A DNA stretch of 64,000 bases from the human T2T-CHM13v2.0 reference genome, Homo sapiens (GCF_009914755.1 NC_060925.1); one strand, 5' to 3'; positions 20,188-37,103 are shown, numbered from the stretch's first letter. The notes: generated from the sequence alone by a model not told the origin. Numbers and translations: made by a program.

Positions 20188-20316
20188 CATCTCATTGTAG
20201 GTAGGATTGCAGGTTTTCCGGGCCACTTTGGTTTTCCTCTTAGTGGTTTTCTGAGGGTCAGGAAGGAGGTAAATTTTCACATAGGGGTCAGGGTCATTTC
20301 CATCCTGGAGCAGTTG
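20188..20316 (-). CDS. PIK3C2B: PIK3C2B exon QLLQDGN...KRKTKVARK...YNEM (C2 polybasic patch)
   Basis: AG/GT, 129 nt. Confidence 0.95.
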
Positions 20317-20754
20317 CTACAATAGAATGAGAACCAAAAAAATGTTAAGATTTTTAACATCTGTCTCTTCACCACCATTCCTGTGATCACACTCTGATCC
20401 AGACTCTCATCTGCCATCTGGCATCTTGCAATGCACAACTAATTTATTTGTCTGCTTCCAAGCTCACTCTATTCTGATAAAAATATCTACCATGATAACA
20501 TTGTGTCCTATTAAAACATCAATTGGTTTGCCTATGATATCAAGTCTATACTTTTATCCAAATCCTCAGGACATCCCATAATGTGCTCTGTTTTGAGTGA
20601 ACCATCATGTTCCCAGGTATCTTCCTGCCATATCTACTATCCTTATCTATTTTGTCATTTGGTCCACTTAACCCCTAAGAGGTAGAGACATGAGTCACAG
20701 AGATTGAGCTGCTTGCTCAAGGGCAGCCAACTAGTGATTCACCCAGCCTGATCC

Positions 20755-21335
20755 TTTTAAAACCTAAGTCAGATCATGTCATGCCTCTGCTTAAAACCCA
20801 TCTCATTCAGGGAAAAAGCCACGGTTCTTACTATCAGGGTGAGGTGCTGGTCCATCATACCCTCTCCAACCTCATCATCCACTCCTCTCGACTTTGCTCC
20901 ATCGGCTTCAGCCGCTGGCCCCTTGCTGTTTCTGACGCACCCCTGGCAGGCTCCTGGCTCTGGGCTGTCAGATCTAACTGCTCCCTTTGCCTGGGAAAGT
21001 CTGCCCTCAGATGCATAAACATGGCTCCCTCCCTCACCTTCTCCATCTTGCTAAGACACCTCCTCAACAATGAGGCCTTCCCTGAGCACTCTTTGCAAAG
21101 TCCACTCCCTTCATTCCATCCTAGCATTCCTTCTCTGCTTTATTTCTTGCCATAGCTCTTACTACCATCTTCTATGCCATATATTTTACTTATCTGCCTG
21201 TGTGCCGTTCCCAACTAGAATGTAAGCCCCCTGAGGGCAGGGATTTTGTTTTGTTTTCCCCCATACCCAGAGCTAATGTATCAGTATATAGCAGGCACTC
21301 AAACATTTATTGAATGAAGAGTAAATGGATGAATG
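20755..21335 (+). mobile_element. L2 3' end fragment
   Basis: agtcagatcatgtc... ending gcactcaaacatttattgaatgaa. Confidence 0.7.
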
Positions 21336-21428
21336 TTTATGTTCCTCCTGCCATATCCCACTGCCCCAACCTACATAAAATGCCTAACATAGGATGCAGC
21401 ACAATGCAAGTATTCAAGTTCCCTTCCT

Positions 21429-21774
<346 letters not shown>

Positions 21775-22222
21775 TTAGTAATTATCTACTACTGCCTTGA
21801 TCATATTCAAAGGATGTCACGTGGCTGCTCAATCATTATAGCCAGGTAATGAGCCCCTTGGGCCTCTCCCTTATAATTACTATAAAAATCATTATTCTAA
21901 TAAAACCAGGCATGGTGTTAAGTATTCCACAAGCATTATCTCATTTAATCCCCATAATGACTCTATGAGGTAGGTGCTAACATTTTCCTCATTCTAATGA
22001 GGCTCAGAATGATTAGGTTACTTGTCAAAGACCACAGCTACAAAAAGCTGTCTCATGTATTGCCTAGTCATACCATAGGCTTGCTATGGTTATAGGTCCA
22101 TGGTGGATGCTCAGTAGACTGTGGTGGTTACCCATATGACACGCGGCAGAGAAGGTCTGCCCAAAAAAGTAGCTAAAGAAACATTAAAAAAGAAAAAAAA
22201 TCACGGCTGTGCAGGCACTTAC

Positions 22223-22329
22223 CAAGCCCCGAATATGCATCACCATGATGAAGAGTTTATTGTTTTTGTAGGAGATGGACAGCTTCACCTCCCCTCCCAC
22301 CTTTCCGACGGGCCGGGCCCATGTGCCAT
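22223..22329 (-). CDS. PIK3C2B: PIK3C2B exon GTWARPV...HIRGL (C-terminal C2)
   Basis: AG/GT, 107 nt. Confidence 0.95.
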
Positions 22330-22713
22330 CTGTAGGGACAAATGAAACCATGAAGGGTCAAGAGGCCAGGCAGGTGTTTCTGTTTTCTTCCTGAACCCCC
22401 TTGCCCCAGCCTCTCCATGTCAGATTTCTGATACTCATGAGGCATCTACATAAGTGTAGTCTGAATGTGATTAGAGTTAATTGGGTTGGGATGGGTCTAA
22501 GGATATAATCGACTGAATATCCACCCTGTGGGGAACCCAGGTAAGGAACTATGGACCCCACGGCCTGAGTGGGAAACTAGATTTCCCAGAGAGTAAGAAA
22601 AGGAACAGGAGGCAAGTCAAGGAGAGAGAACTGAGAAGAGGTTGGGGCAGAAGCAGTTACCCTTGGGGTAGTTCAGAGGAGTTGGCAGTAAGGTCTCAGA
22701 GAAGATACTGTAC

Positions 22714-22795
22714 CTGAGGACTTAGGAGCTGGGCTGGTGCCCATAGCCTTCTCATCCCGGGGCAGTGGGTGGAAGAAGGTGTACACCAAATCACA
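22714..22795 (-). CDS. PIK3C2B: PIK3C2B exon CDLVYTF...APKSS
   Basis: AG/GT, 82 nt. Confidence 0.94.
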
Positions 22796-23104
22796 CTGGA
22801 ACAGAATCAGAAACAGGGCCATTCTTCAATAAGACAATGGCCCAATACAAAAAGGAAGGGGACTGTTCCAGATGTAAAAAGACTTAGGAAATATAACAAC
22901 CAACAACATGCAGTTCTTATGTGGATTATAGCTCTAACAAGCCAACAGTAAAAGGAATTTGGGGGATGATAGGGAAATTTTGAATATGGACTATGGACTG
23001 GATAATATAATAATACTGTAGTTACTTTAAAAACAAGACTTTATTGTTTAGAGATGCATAGTGAGTATTTAGGGGGTACAGTATTATGATGTCTGTAATT
23101 TACT

Positions 23105-23388
<284 letters not shown>

Positions 23389-23516
23389 TAGAAGAAGCAA
23401 ATATAGCAAAATGTTAAGTGTTTAGGTGATGGATATATAGGTGCTAATTATATTGTTTCTCTACTTTTCTGCATGCTTGAAAGTTTTAACCCTAAAAAGT
23501 TTAAAAAGAAAAAACA

Positions 23517-23841
<325 letters not shown>

Positions 23842-24495
23842 TTAATGGGGAAAAAAAACACATACTCTAAATATCTTTCAAAAATAAAATGGTTAAGATT
23901 ATGGTACTGCAAGTTGGTGTCTGAAGGAACAGATATTTAAAGTTATAGCATATGTATACTATAAATGCTAAGGGAAAAAAGCTCAGAATCCAGAGTTATA
24001 CTTAAGCTATAACCACTATAAAACTGTAAAAATCATGCTTGCATATGGACAAATAGGAAGGGAACATGGACAATAGGGGCAGATGATTTGTTAAAGTATT
24101 TAATAATAGGATTCCTCATGACTTTGTTAGGGCCATTATACTACTATTTGTTTAAAAAAAAATCTAGGTTGATAATACATACTCAACCTGCTCAAAAAAC
24201 TTTTTCCTCAAAGAGGAGCCTTCCTTTCTGAGGCTCCGCTCATTCTCATCATTCTCAGCCCATGTGCCTCGATGCATTCACCTTTCTGTTTAATTGCATT
24301 TCTGTGTATAACCCTGTGAGGCTGGACCCACCCTCCTCCTGTCTTCTGCAGACTGGAGCATTGGTCATTCAGCCCACAGACCCCGAAGTGCCAAGTCCTG
24401 TTCCTGACTCCTAGTGCCTCCGGATGCTTCCACCTCTGCCTCCCCAACCATCCCCACCAGCCTGGACAGCCAGGAGGAGAGGCAAGCCCACCCAC

Positions 24496-25528
<1,033 letters not shown>

Positions 25529-25544
25529 TGAAAAGTAGTTTTTA

Positions 25545-25960
25545 AAAAAATTGCAGTAAAATATGTGTAACATAAAATTTGCCATCTTAACCATTTTTAA
25601 GTGTACAGTTCTGTGGAATTAACCATATTCACACTGTCATGCAACCATCGCCACTATCCAACTTCATAGCTCTTTTCATCTTGCAAAACTGAAGCTCTGT
25701 ACCCATTAAACAACCACACCTACCTCCCCTCAGACCTGGGCAACTAGCTTTCTACTTTCTGCCTCTAGGAGTCTGACTACTCCAGGTAACTCAGATAAGT
25801 GGAATCGTGCCGTTTTTGTTTTTTTGTGACTGGCTTATTTCACTTAGCAGAATGTCCTCAAGGTCCATCCACGTTGTTACCCGTGTCGAAATCTCCCTCC
25901 ATTTTAAATGCTGAATAATATCCCACTGTATGTACATATGACATTTTGCTTATCCATTTG
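25545..25960 (-). mobile_element. Old L1 (L1M) 3' fragment
   Basis: cataaaatttgccatcttaaccatttttaagtgtacag and ctggcttatttcacttagc hallmarks. Confidence 0.75.
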
Positions 25961-26243
25961 AAAAATGGTGTAACTCTTTAAAAAATTAGAAATTTTGAAA
26001 CATCAGATTCAACCATGCCTTCCTTTCTGGCCAGTGGGCCTGGAGTGAGAGCTCTTGCGTGCAAGGAGAGCTTGGCCAGCAGGGGGAGCACTTGTCATCA
26101 AACTCCATACCAGGCCAAGCAAAGCAGGCAGATGTTTAGTCCAAAAGGGTATTTTCTGCCCCTGCAGCCCTGACCACCTCCCATCCCGTATCCTTTCCCC
26201 CTCCCCGACATCCCTCTGTGCAGATAGTAAAGGGGGCAGCTAC

Positions 26244-26368
26244 CTGGGCAAGTGGGAAGAAGGGAAGAGCAGCCGCAACTTATTGTGTAATTCCTGGAAC
26301 TCCTCAAAGGTCCGCTGGATGTAGGTGGCCTCGTGAGTGTTCTCTCGCATCACCTTTACCACATATAT
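26244..26368 (-). CDS. PIK3C2B: PIK3C2B exon IYVVKVM...SSHLP (PX)
   Basis: AG/GT, 125 nt. Confidence 0.95.
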
Positions 26369-26774
26369 CTGCAAAGGTCCAGATCTTAGGGTGTACCTGC
26401 CGAGCCCTCTGCACCCAGTGAAGGGTGTAGGAAAGGTCCGGAAGTGTATGTATGTGCTGAGGGGAGGGGCACATTCCAGAAGGAAGAGAGCAAGAGTGGA
26501 GACAGATGATAGCACATACACAGGAATCTAAAAGCAGACTTCCCACATATGTTGCCAGGATCCTTGACTCAGAGGGAATAACCATCCAATTCAGCTACCC
26601 AATTCTAGGCAGATCACGTGAGCAAAGGAGAGGGAAGTGGTCCAGGACTGCTCCCAGCACAGGACGCTCGGTCAACTCCTGTGCCCACTGTGCAAGTGTG
26701 GAAAAAGTCAGGATCCCAGCAAGCCAGGGTCAGCAGAGAGCAGGAAAGGGGGTCAGATTGGAGAAAACACTTAC

Positions 26775-26976
26775 ATAGCCTTTGTTGGGGTGGAAGATCT
26801 TCTCATGGCGGCAGAGGAAAACATCACTGATTCGGCCAGAGCTCTTGAGAGTGTGTGTTCGGGAGGCAAAGGAGAGGGTCAGCCGGTCATCTGAGCCCGT
26901 GAACTTCATCTGAGCCAGATTATGGATGAAAAAATTGAGCTTTGTGGCTACACTGCCCAGGCTGGACTCAATCAAC
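26775..26976 (-). CDS. PIK3C2B: PIK3C2B exon LIESSLG...PNKGY (kinase end / PX start)
   Basis: AG/GT, 202 nt. Confidence 0.96.
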
Positions 26977-27890
26977 CTGGCAGGAGGATAAGAAAAGAGG
27001 ATATAACCATGAACCCAAATTCCTGCTGCCTCGACAGGGGTGTTCCAAGGAATATTCCTGACTCCTGAGACTAACAATCAGCTCAGATCAAACCATTTTC
27101 CTGTGTCATATCCTCATAAAGCAAATGACTGGCACACAATAATCTCATGCAATTTGCTCATGTGAACCCCAGGGTCTTATCTCCTCCCCTGGCTGCCCAC
27201 CTGAGCCAAAAACCATCAAACCAAGGTAGAAAGGAACTAGGAACTCACTCTCTCTGTGTAAATGTCTAAATATCAAAAAATTTCAAGGTTCATTACAATA
27301 GAACCTCACCAAGCACTGTTCAATCTCAGATTTCAATTCAGCGGGAGAGGTCCTGTGTTAGGAGACCTAACAGAGAAAGTTTAATTCTCTGAATTCCAAA
27401 AAGAGTGGAGAACATTATCTACAGGGACCACATTTTGCAGGCATTCATAGATAAACACATCCTTGCTTTCACACACAGTGTACCTAAAAACATTGTCAAA
27501 TATGAGGAGACTGAATCATGGAACTCCATGTTCTGGCAAGGGGGAAGCGTCTGACCAAGAAAGTTAAAAGTTATTACAAAAGCCACATTATACATTGCCC
27601 CATAGACAAAGTATTTGATGGGACCTAGTGAGAATGTAGATAAGAGTGATGGCAATACCCTTGTGTGCAAAGGTTAGCACCAAAACACAGATGGGAAACC
27701 AAGGCTGAGAGAAGCAAAATGATTTACCTAAATCACGGGCAAAGTTGGGACAATGTATCCACGTGGTCAGCTCTAGGCTCTAGCATCTGAGCTAAGCTTT
27801 TCACCTTTCCCCAGTCCTCCTCCTGCCAATCCGGCAGGCTGGGAATTACTCAGGGTGGGCAGTGCTGATTCGCTCAGGGAATCATTTTAC

Positions 27891-28000
27891 CTAGTGAAGT
27901 AGGTAGTGGCATTGGCCTCTGTATCCTGAGGCCTCAGGGCATCGTACACATACTTGAGGTCCTCCAGGTCTGAGAGTTCAGGGATCCCACAGGACAACAT
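27891..28000 (-). CDS. PIK3C2B: PIK3C2B exon MLSCGIPEL...TTYFT
   Basis: AG/GT, 110 nt. Confidence 0.96.
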
Positions 28001-28367
28001 CTAGAAGGAGCAGAAAGAAGAAGAGAGGGTGCCTGTAACAACAGAGAATTCTTGCTGCTTCTCTACCCTTAGGCAAGGTTTTCTACAGCTAGGCTCCCTA
28101 ACCCTTCTAGAGGGTGGTAGACAGATGCTGTGGGCAGTGGCTGGAGGGCCACAGGAACTGAAGGGCTGGAGCAGGGAGTCAGGCACCTACACAGACATCA
28201 TTGTCCTCAGGTAGTCTGGGTCCCTGCCTTTATCTAGGGCAGGCAGGTATTCAGTTGGGGCTCAGAGAGGTAAATCTCTAGAAATCCTCTGCGGCAAGAC
28301 AGGGAAGTCTTAAAGATGATGCCAGATAATAAGAAGAAGGTATTCGGAAAGGGATGGAGCTCCTCAC

Positions 28368-28524
28368 CAGGCCCAGAAGGTTGAGGAAGAGGTGGGTGTG
28401 CTTGCGAATGAGGTTGTAGGCTTGGCAGCAAAGGTCAACAAAATCATGGAAGCGGCTGGAAGGCTTGTCACCCCCGTTGATGACATACGCCATGTCCGAG
28501 GTGAAGACAAAGGGGGCACGGTCC
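28368..28524 (-). CDS. PIK3C2B: PIK3C2B exon DRAPFVF...NLLGL (kinase)
   Basis: AG/GT, 157 nt. Confidence 0.96.
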
Positions 28525-29012
28525 CTGAGCCAAGGGGAACATACAGGTAGAAGGTCAACATGGAGGAGGAAGCCCACCATATGGGCTGCATCAGGGGTCA
28601 GTTTCCCTCATCCCTCATCACGTGGACACACTGGATAGAAGGGGCTCTAACTTTTTTCTTTGTTCCTTTCCTACCTTAATCTTAAAAGATCTCTATATCC
28701 TTCATTGGTTCCTTATCTGTGAGCTGGCAATATTTTTTTCTGGATATCTGATTGCATTCCTTTTTGCTACAGTTTGGTTCATTTCCCTTTGTTCAGTCCT
28801 TGGTAGGGAAGAACAGCTGGTCCCCGCATTCTTCTGCAAGGCCCTGCAAGGACTTGACCTCTTTATCCGTCTTCTCTCCTCCAATGCTGCTCAGCCCTGG
28901 GACCATGATCTGAGGCCCAGCTGCTTCCATCATGGGCTTGTGTCCCAGCTCTGAACCACTGTTGCTCACCTCCTTGCCCTTCACTCACAATCTGGCTTCA
29001 GGAGATCACTTA

Positions 29013-29309
<297 letters not shown>

Positions 29310-30823
29310 TCACATCTGCCTGTTCATCCTTCATCATGTACTAACTTACACACTTACACACACAGAAACATCTCCCATGTCTTATGGAAAAGATGGAGAT
29401 TTATATGTATATCTTCACCACTTCATCTGAATACCATCTTCTCCTTTCTTTCTCCTAGGGAGATCGGTTGGAAAGACAGTGGACTGATCCAAGAGCCCAG
29501 TCTTGATCAGCCCAGACTGAGGGGACCTTAAGAGATGGGAAGACTGACATTTACAACTTCCCCAACTGGCCGTGATGATCTTAAGTACAGCCACTGAGGA
29601 AGCCAACTTAAGAATCTCTTCCTGACCCTGCTCAGAATTCTATCATCCTTCTTCCTGCCCCAAATAAAATTCCCATTTCCAGAGTTCTTGGTAACAGCTA
29701 AATGCTAATCTAATTAAAGTCACTGCACTCCAAAGAAGAGCTGAGGCAGCTTAACACGTCTAGAGAGTGTTTTACACTTGAAAATGGGACATCTTTAGTT
29801 GGTAAAATATGTTAGAGATATTTCTGAGTTTAAAGCAGGAGAGGAGTGGTGAGGGGTTGACTCCATCTTATTTTGTCTGGTCAACATCCATCCCCTTATC
29901 TGTCTTTCCAGAAAGAAAAACTACATGGAATGAGGAAATAGACCACTCCTGCCTTCAAAATCCTCTTCGTGAGGTTTATAGAATTCCTAAGAACTCAGGA
30001 AAGACATCAGCAGAGAGCAATGATCGTCATAGCCAGGTAGGAATGCATGAAATTAGGAATGAGGGAAAGCTTACTAGATATGGAATGCCCGCCCTCCTTG
30101 CCTCCTTCCATAAATTTCCACCCATCATCCTTCAATGACCTTGAGTCCCATAACTTTCCAGACCTTCCAAGCTCATACTGACTTCTCCTCCTCTGAACCC
30201 CTACAGATGCACTGTCACCTCCATTCATACAGCACTGACTTTGCCCTTTCAGTCCCATGGGGTTTACAGATCTGTTCTCCTAACAGCTTCTTGCCTATTT
30301 CACAATGCCTATTGCAAAACTAGCTCCACACAGAATGCACCCACCCAGCTACTTGTCGAATTACAACCTGATGATGGATCCACCAGAAACTAAGAATGGA
30401 AAGGTTATAAAGAAATCACAGCATTCATCTTCTGGAAGAAAAAGACTATTTCTTAGAAAGTAAAATAAATGAATAAAAGCACTTAATAAGGAGCATAACG
30501 CGTAACTCCCAGTCGTGACCTGGATCTCTATCAAATCCTCTCCCTGTCACAGATGCTCTTTCTACCTTAAATGAATCCTATTTTGGCTGAGAAAATAGCT
30601 GTGTGCCTGTGGGTAAATGACTAAACTCTTTTCACCTCCCTAAGTTATGCAGGGTGTTAGCCACTTACTGGCAAGAAGTCTCACTCTATAAAGGGACACT
30701 CTGCCTCTGATTTCAGGGGTTTCATGTGTAGGGTGTGGGATACTCTCTTGCTGAGTAGGTGGCCAAGAGAAAATACCTCTAGTTTCTTTCTTCTGGAAGT
30801 CATCAAATGAAACTACCAGCATT

Positions 30824-31105
30824 GCTGGGGGTGGTGGCTCATGCCTGTAATCCCAGCACTTTGGGAGGCTGAGGTGGGTGAATCTCTTGAACCCAGGGGT
30901 TCAAGTCCAGCCTGGGCAACATGGCAAAACCCCATCTCCACGAAAAATAGAAAAATTAGCTGGGCATGGTGGCACATGCCTGTAGTCCCAGCTACTTGGA
31001 AGGCTGAGTCAGGAGGATCACATGAACCCAGGAGGTGGAGGTTGCAGTGATTGTGCCACTGTATTCCAGCCTGGGTGACAGAGTGAGACCCTGCCTCAAA
31101 AAAAA
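30824..31105 (+). mobile_element. AluJ
   Basis: TSD gaaactaccagcatt. Confidence 0.9.
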
Positions 31106-31729
31106 AGAAACTACCAGCATTATTCTTGGAGAAAGGCTAGAAGGGCAGAGAAGCTATCTTTGAAAGACTGAGATTAAACATGAACATGCAGAGTTAGTTT
31201 CTCTCTGTGTGTATTCTCGTACATTCTTCTGTACATTTATTTTTATTATATTCTTATACATTCATCTGTACATTTATTATTATTTAGTATTATTTCCATA
31301 CATTTACACATATATGACTATTACATTGGCAGGGAGTAATCACAACTCCAGCACCTAGTACAGTGCCTCTGCATATGGGTGTTTAATACCTGAAAAATGC
31401 ATATTAGCATAAAGAGTAAGTATATGGGAGGTTGGTAGTAGAAAGGAAAAAAATCATTACTCCTCTCCAAGGGTAGAGGGTCTTGAAATGTATAGCATAG
31501 AGTGGCAGAGTTTTGAGGAATGAGAAGGGAAGAAATGACTTTCCAGGCAAAGGAAATATTACTGCCTACAGTACTGCAGAAATGAAAGTAGTAGCCCCCT
31601 CTGCCCCCACCGCATGATCTAGCTAGTAACCTAGCTGGAGCATAGGTTAGCATAAGATGGTAGGTTGCAGTGGATGGGATTACAGGAGTCAGCAGGGCTG
31701 GATTATAAAAGGCTCTGTGTGCAATGCTA

Positions 31730-32108
<379 letters not shown>

Positions 32109-33512
32109 TCAAGCAGAGGCTGGCTCTAGATGGAGGAGAGGCATTCCAGTGGTTCAGGGGACCGACAGCAAAGAGCTGAACAAAATCAATGGTAACAAAA
32201 TAGGAAGAAGAGGACAGATTTGAGAGATAGCTGGGAAGAAGAATAAACAGAGCATGGTACAGAAGTGAGATAGAGGGAAGCATCAGGAAGACCGTGGCTT
32301 TGGCTTGGGTAAATGCACAGAAAGAGTCACACCATTGACTGATAGCAAACACAAAAAGCAGGTTTCAAGAGGCAAAGGAGAGACAGCAGGCTCAGTTTTG
32401 CCTACACCGAGTTTGAGACGTGGGTGAAACGTAGGTGGAAAAGTCCAGCAAGAAGGTGGCTATAGAACCACCTGGAGGAAGGGAAGAGGGCTAGAGGAAT
32501 GGCTTCGGAGGTCATCAAGATACAGGTGGTAGTTGAAGTAATAAGAGGATGAGCTGGCACAAGAAGAGTGCAAAGAGGGCCCAGCAGGCCAGGAATTAAG
32601 CCCCGGGGAACACAAACACTGAAAGCCATTTAAGATCATCTAATTACACATTCACTAAACAATGTTCTGATTATACCTTGGCTGCCCATGCTGGTTTTCC
32701 CTCCAGGATAAAGTACATTGATCAATATAAATCAGTATTTGGGTCCCTTGAAGTTAAAATTATACGAATTAGCATTCTGGCCTATAGCCAGTCTCTTGTG
32801 AGTTTGGTTATTGTGATTTGTTCCTTCCCAGTGTCCCTACTTTCCTCAACCTAATTAACCCAGAGACTAGAGTTGTGATGCTGGGAACAGGCCACGGACC
32901 CTAGCAGGCTACCAGGGCCCTACCACCCAGGAAAGCTCCACTTCTAATCTAATCTTCTTTCATCAGGAACCAGCCAGCCCTGTTTTCACTCGTCTCTGTC
33001 TCATATCTAACCTCAATCCTAGCTTTGAGTTACAGCCTTGCCACATATCAGCTCCATAACTAGGAATGAATGAGTGAATCTTAATTCACAGCTATGAAAA
33101 GAAGGGGCTGGCATAAAATGATCTCTAAAGTCTCTTCCAACCAACTCTTTTTCTAGAAAGTACCACTGAACCCTCTGAGAACATAAGGGAACCTGAAGAG
33201 GATCCACAACTGGGAGGGATACAGATAGGCTCTCAAAAGCTGGCGCCTCCTCCAAGACTTAATCTGCCAGGAGAACTCAGTGAAAGTTTCTCAGTCCAGC
33301 ATCAGGGGATTTTCTCAGCCAGCTTACAAGAGGCATTTGAGTGAGTCACCCCCAGATATTTGGAGGCACCAGTCAACCAAGAAAGGGTAGGTCCTTCTGC
33401 CAACAAAGCTGAGCTGTCCTCTCTGAGCAAGTGCAGGTCTTGTGGTTAAAGAGCTGTGTGCCGGCATCAGGCACACACACACACCAGACGCACTCCCCAC
33501 CCACAACCCTAC

Positions 33513-33649
33513 CTTCTCATACTCGTCCTCCCCAGGGTTGTGTTTCTGCAGCCAGTCTGCCAGGGGCCGGTCCTTGAACGAGCCGGTCACCCCATGCTCC
33601 ACCTGGATCTTACGCAGGGTCTCAGCATTAGGGATCATCTCCACCATCC
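33513..33649 (-). CDS. PIK3C2B: PIK3C2B exon MVEMIPN...DEYEK (kinase hinge)
   Basis: AG/GT, 137 nt. Confidence 0.96.
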
Positions 33650-34191
33650 CTGTGAGGGGAGAAATGGGGGTCACGTTCCAGACCAGAATGAAGGGGACTG
33701 CAGGGAGAGGACTACAAGGACTGTGCTCATGCTTCCCTATAAATTAAGCTGTAAGGCATTTGGACTAAGTCTGATAATAACAGGAAGAGAATAACCATAG
33801 AAAGGAAGGTCATTCCCACATTTCCTATTCCATACTGTGACTTTTTGGTCTCTCCAGTTCATAGCTGCTGCTCCCTTTGTTTTTAGCTTTTACTATGGGA
33901 ATTTGAAAATATATATAAGAATAAAAAGAATGGTATCATGACTTCACATGTAACTATCACCCAGCTTCAAAAATTGTCAACATTTTGCTAATCTTGTTTG
34001 CTAATCACACAACCCTATTTCTCCACTCCCTGCCACCTTGGTTGGAGTATTTTAAAGCAAATCCCAGATACTTTATTTCACTCATAAATATTTCAAGTGT
34101 AATTAACAAAGACACCATGCCATTGTCACATCCAAAAAATTAACAATCACTCTTTAATCTAACTCAATCTATATTCAAACTTCCCCCAACT

Positions 34192-34505
34192 GTCTCTCTC
34201 CTTCTCTCTCTCTCTCTATATATATATTTTCACACAGGGTCTCATTCTGTCGCCTGGTCTGAAGTACAGTGGCACCATCATGGCTTACTGCAGCCTCAAA
34301 TTCCTGGACTCAAGCGATCCATCTGCCTCAGCCTCCCGAGGAGGTGGGACTGCAGGCACATGCCATTAGGCCTGGCTAATTTTTTATAATTTTTATTAGA
34401 GATGAGGTGTCTAGGTTGGTCCCAAACATTCCTGAGCTCAAGCAATTCTCCCATCTCAGCTTCACAAAGTGCTGGGATTACAGGCATGAGCTAGCATGTC
34501 TGGCC
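34192..34505 (-). mobile_element. AluJ with (CT)n(AT)n-derived tail
   Basis: Diverged Alu consensus. Confidence 0.8.
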
Positions 34506-34770
34506 CAAAAAATATTTCCTTACAATTGGTTTGTTTTAATCAGGATCCAAAGTCTACACAATATGCTTGGCTGTCACGGCACCAAGTCTGTTTTACTTTA
34601 TAACAGTCTCTCTCCCATGCCTCCCTTTTAAGGCTATCCCACAGCTTCTCATGAAATAATCTTGCCCTTTTCACTTTCCTGGAGGAGGACACAGTTTGTG
34701 TTGGCAATGGGCAGAAGGACAATAAGCAAAGGGGTCCCCTCCTCCACCCTCACCCCTACTCCCAACTGAC

Positions 34771-34900
34771 CTCTGCCCCGGCCGGTGGAGAAGCAGCGGA
34801 AGATGACCATGCGCATGTCCAGCCCCTCCTGGACCCAGATCTTGCTCATGATGCGAATCATCTGCAGCGTTAGCATGTCCTGGCGAAGGTCGTCCCCACA
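34771..34900 (-). CDS. PIK3C2B: PIK3C2B exon CGDDLRQD...TGRGR (kinase)
   Basis: AG/GT, 130 nt. Confidence 0.96.
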
Positions 34901-35132
34901 CTGGATGGAGGGAGAAAGTGACCAGATCTAATCTCCACTACCTCCCCAGCTCTCAGGTCTCCCAAGTGCTCAACCTTGGCCCTAAACTAACAGTGACAGG
35001 GAGTTCCCCAGCCTCACACCCCTGACCTGCTCACTCAGCTCACACCAGGTCAAAGATGGCCCAGGAAGCTTCCCAGTTTGCCCATGTGTTGTTCCAGCTT
35101 GTCCTGCAATCCCATGGCCCCATCTGAATTAA

Positions 35133-35490
<358 letters not shown>

Positions 35491-36048
35491 CATCAGGCCT
35501 TTTTTAAACTTGAACGTTTAGACTTTGGATTTGGAACTTGCGCATAGCAAATATATAAGTTACTAAGTCACATGCATGTATTTTGTCTCCCCCATTAGAT
35601 TATATGCTCTGAGACTATCATTTACTTCTCAGAATTGTGGATACATCAGAGTTAGAAGGGACCTTAGGGTTCATCTAGTTGGACCTGCACCTGATATATT
35701 AATTTCCTCTTCAGCAGCCCTGCCACATGGCATTCAGCCTCTGCCTGAATACCCAAGGGACAAGCGGATCACCACCTTACCCAACCCATTGTTGAGGGAG
35801 CTCTGCCTCCTAGAAAGCACTTCGGGATACTGAGCTGCCAGTTGCCTCCCTATACCTAACACTCTGTTGTTAGGCCTCTGGGGCCATGCAGAATTCGTCT
35901 AAATCCTTTTTCACCTGATCATCTTTCCTACATTAAGACAGCATGGAACAGTGGGAAGAGAACCACCCAGGGGCTACTTAATGCCACTCTAGGCTGCCTC
36001 CTTCTCTCTCCCACCCTGGTCCACCAGGCTTGAGTAAAGTATTCTCAC

Positions 36049-36141
36049 CTTGAAGATGACACGGATGTTCTCACCCAGGGGATCCACATTTTGGAAGGAG
36101 AGTTTGAGGGGGACAGCATTGGAGTTGAAGTAGGAACAGTC
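36049..36141 (-). CDS. PIK3C2B: PIK3C2B exon DCSYFNS...VIFK (kinase N-lobe, catalytic Lys)
   Basis: AG/GT, 93 nt; IFK|CGDDLRQD motif. Confidence 0.96.
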
Positions 36142-36767
36142 CTGCCATGGTGAAAAGATAGTGACGAGGGTCAGAGTGGCCCATGCCAGGAAAGGAAAAC
36201 GACCTCTCCACTTCAGACCAAGATGCTGCCTCCCCGCTGCTGCCGGTCCACCCAAGACCTGCTCATTGTTTCTTCCGGATTTCCCAGAAACCCAATTTCC
36301 TTCCTTCTCTCGTTAAATAGTCATCATCCCAATTCAGTTTGTTATGACCTCAGCTCCAGCACTTAACCTCCCATCCTGTTAGTTCATTCTGCGCACAACT
36401 TACTAGTTGTGTGACCTCTGGTAAGTCACATGTCCCATCTACACCTCAGTTTACTCCTCTGTAAAAGGGGACTCCCAATAGTACCAACATCCTAAGAGTT
36501 GTGAAGATGAAATGCCATAACCAACATTAAGCACTCAGAACAGGGCCGGGCACAGAGAGTGCTCAATAAATGACAGATGACAGCTGCTATCACCACCACC
36601 ACCTCCGACTTCATCCCCAACATCATCAGAGAAAGACACCTGCCTAGCCGCCCAACCTCCAACCCAATTCCTCTACCCTGCAAGCTGTCAGGCTTCTAAA
36701 AGTCCATACACATTAGGAATGGGAAGAGGCCACAGATATGCCTTTCTTCCTAATCTCTCTCTTATTT

Positions 36768-37035
36768 TATGGCTTATATGGAGATGCTCACCTGTGCCCA
36801 TACCCCAGTCTGTGCCCTCATTCTGTCTTTAAGCAGAGTTCACAGCCCCTCTGCCTCGTTTCTCCTTTCTATTTCTGCCATGTGTGGGTAGAGGAGAGAC
36901 AGGATAACATAATCCTCACCATGTTGCATGGGGGTGAGCTGAGACCCCTGAGGAAAAGATGCTAGGCCAAGACCACATGGTAAGTTAGCAACATACTGAC
37001 GCCCAGACAACTCAGCTCCTCGACCTTGCATGCCT
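36768..37035 (+). repeat. Local direct duplication, copy 1 (partner 38313-38580)
   Basis: Hand alignment: ~18 substitutions and 3 small indels in ~268 bp; identical tracts of 45 and 62 nt. Confidence 0.95.
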
Positions 37036-37103
37036 GGTTAGTGAAGACCTCACCTCCACTGAGCCCTCCCACTCTGAGAGCCCCAAACCTACCAGTCACT
37101 CAC

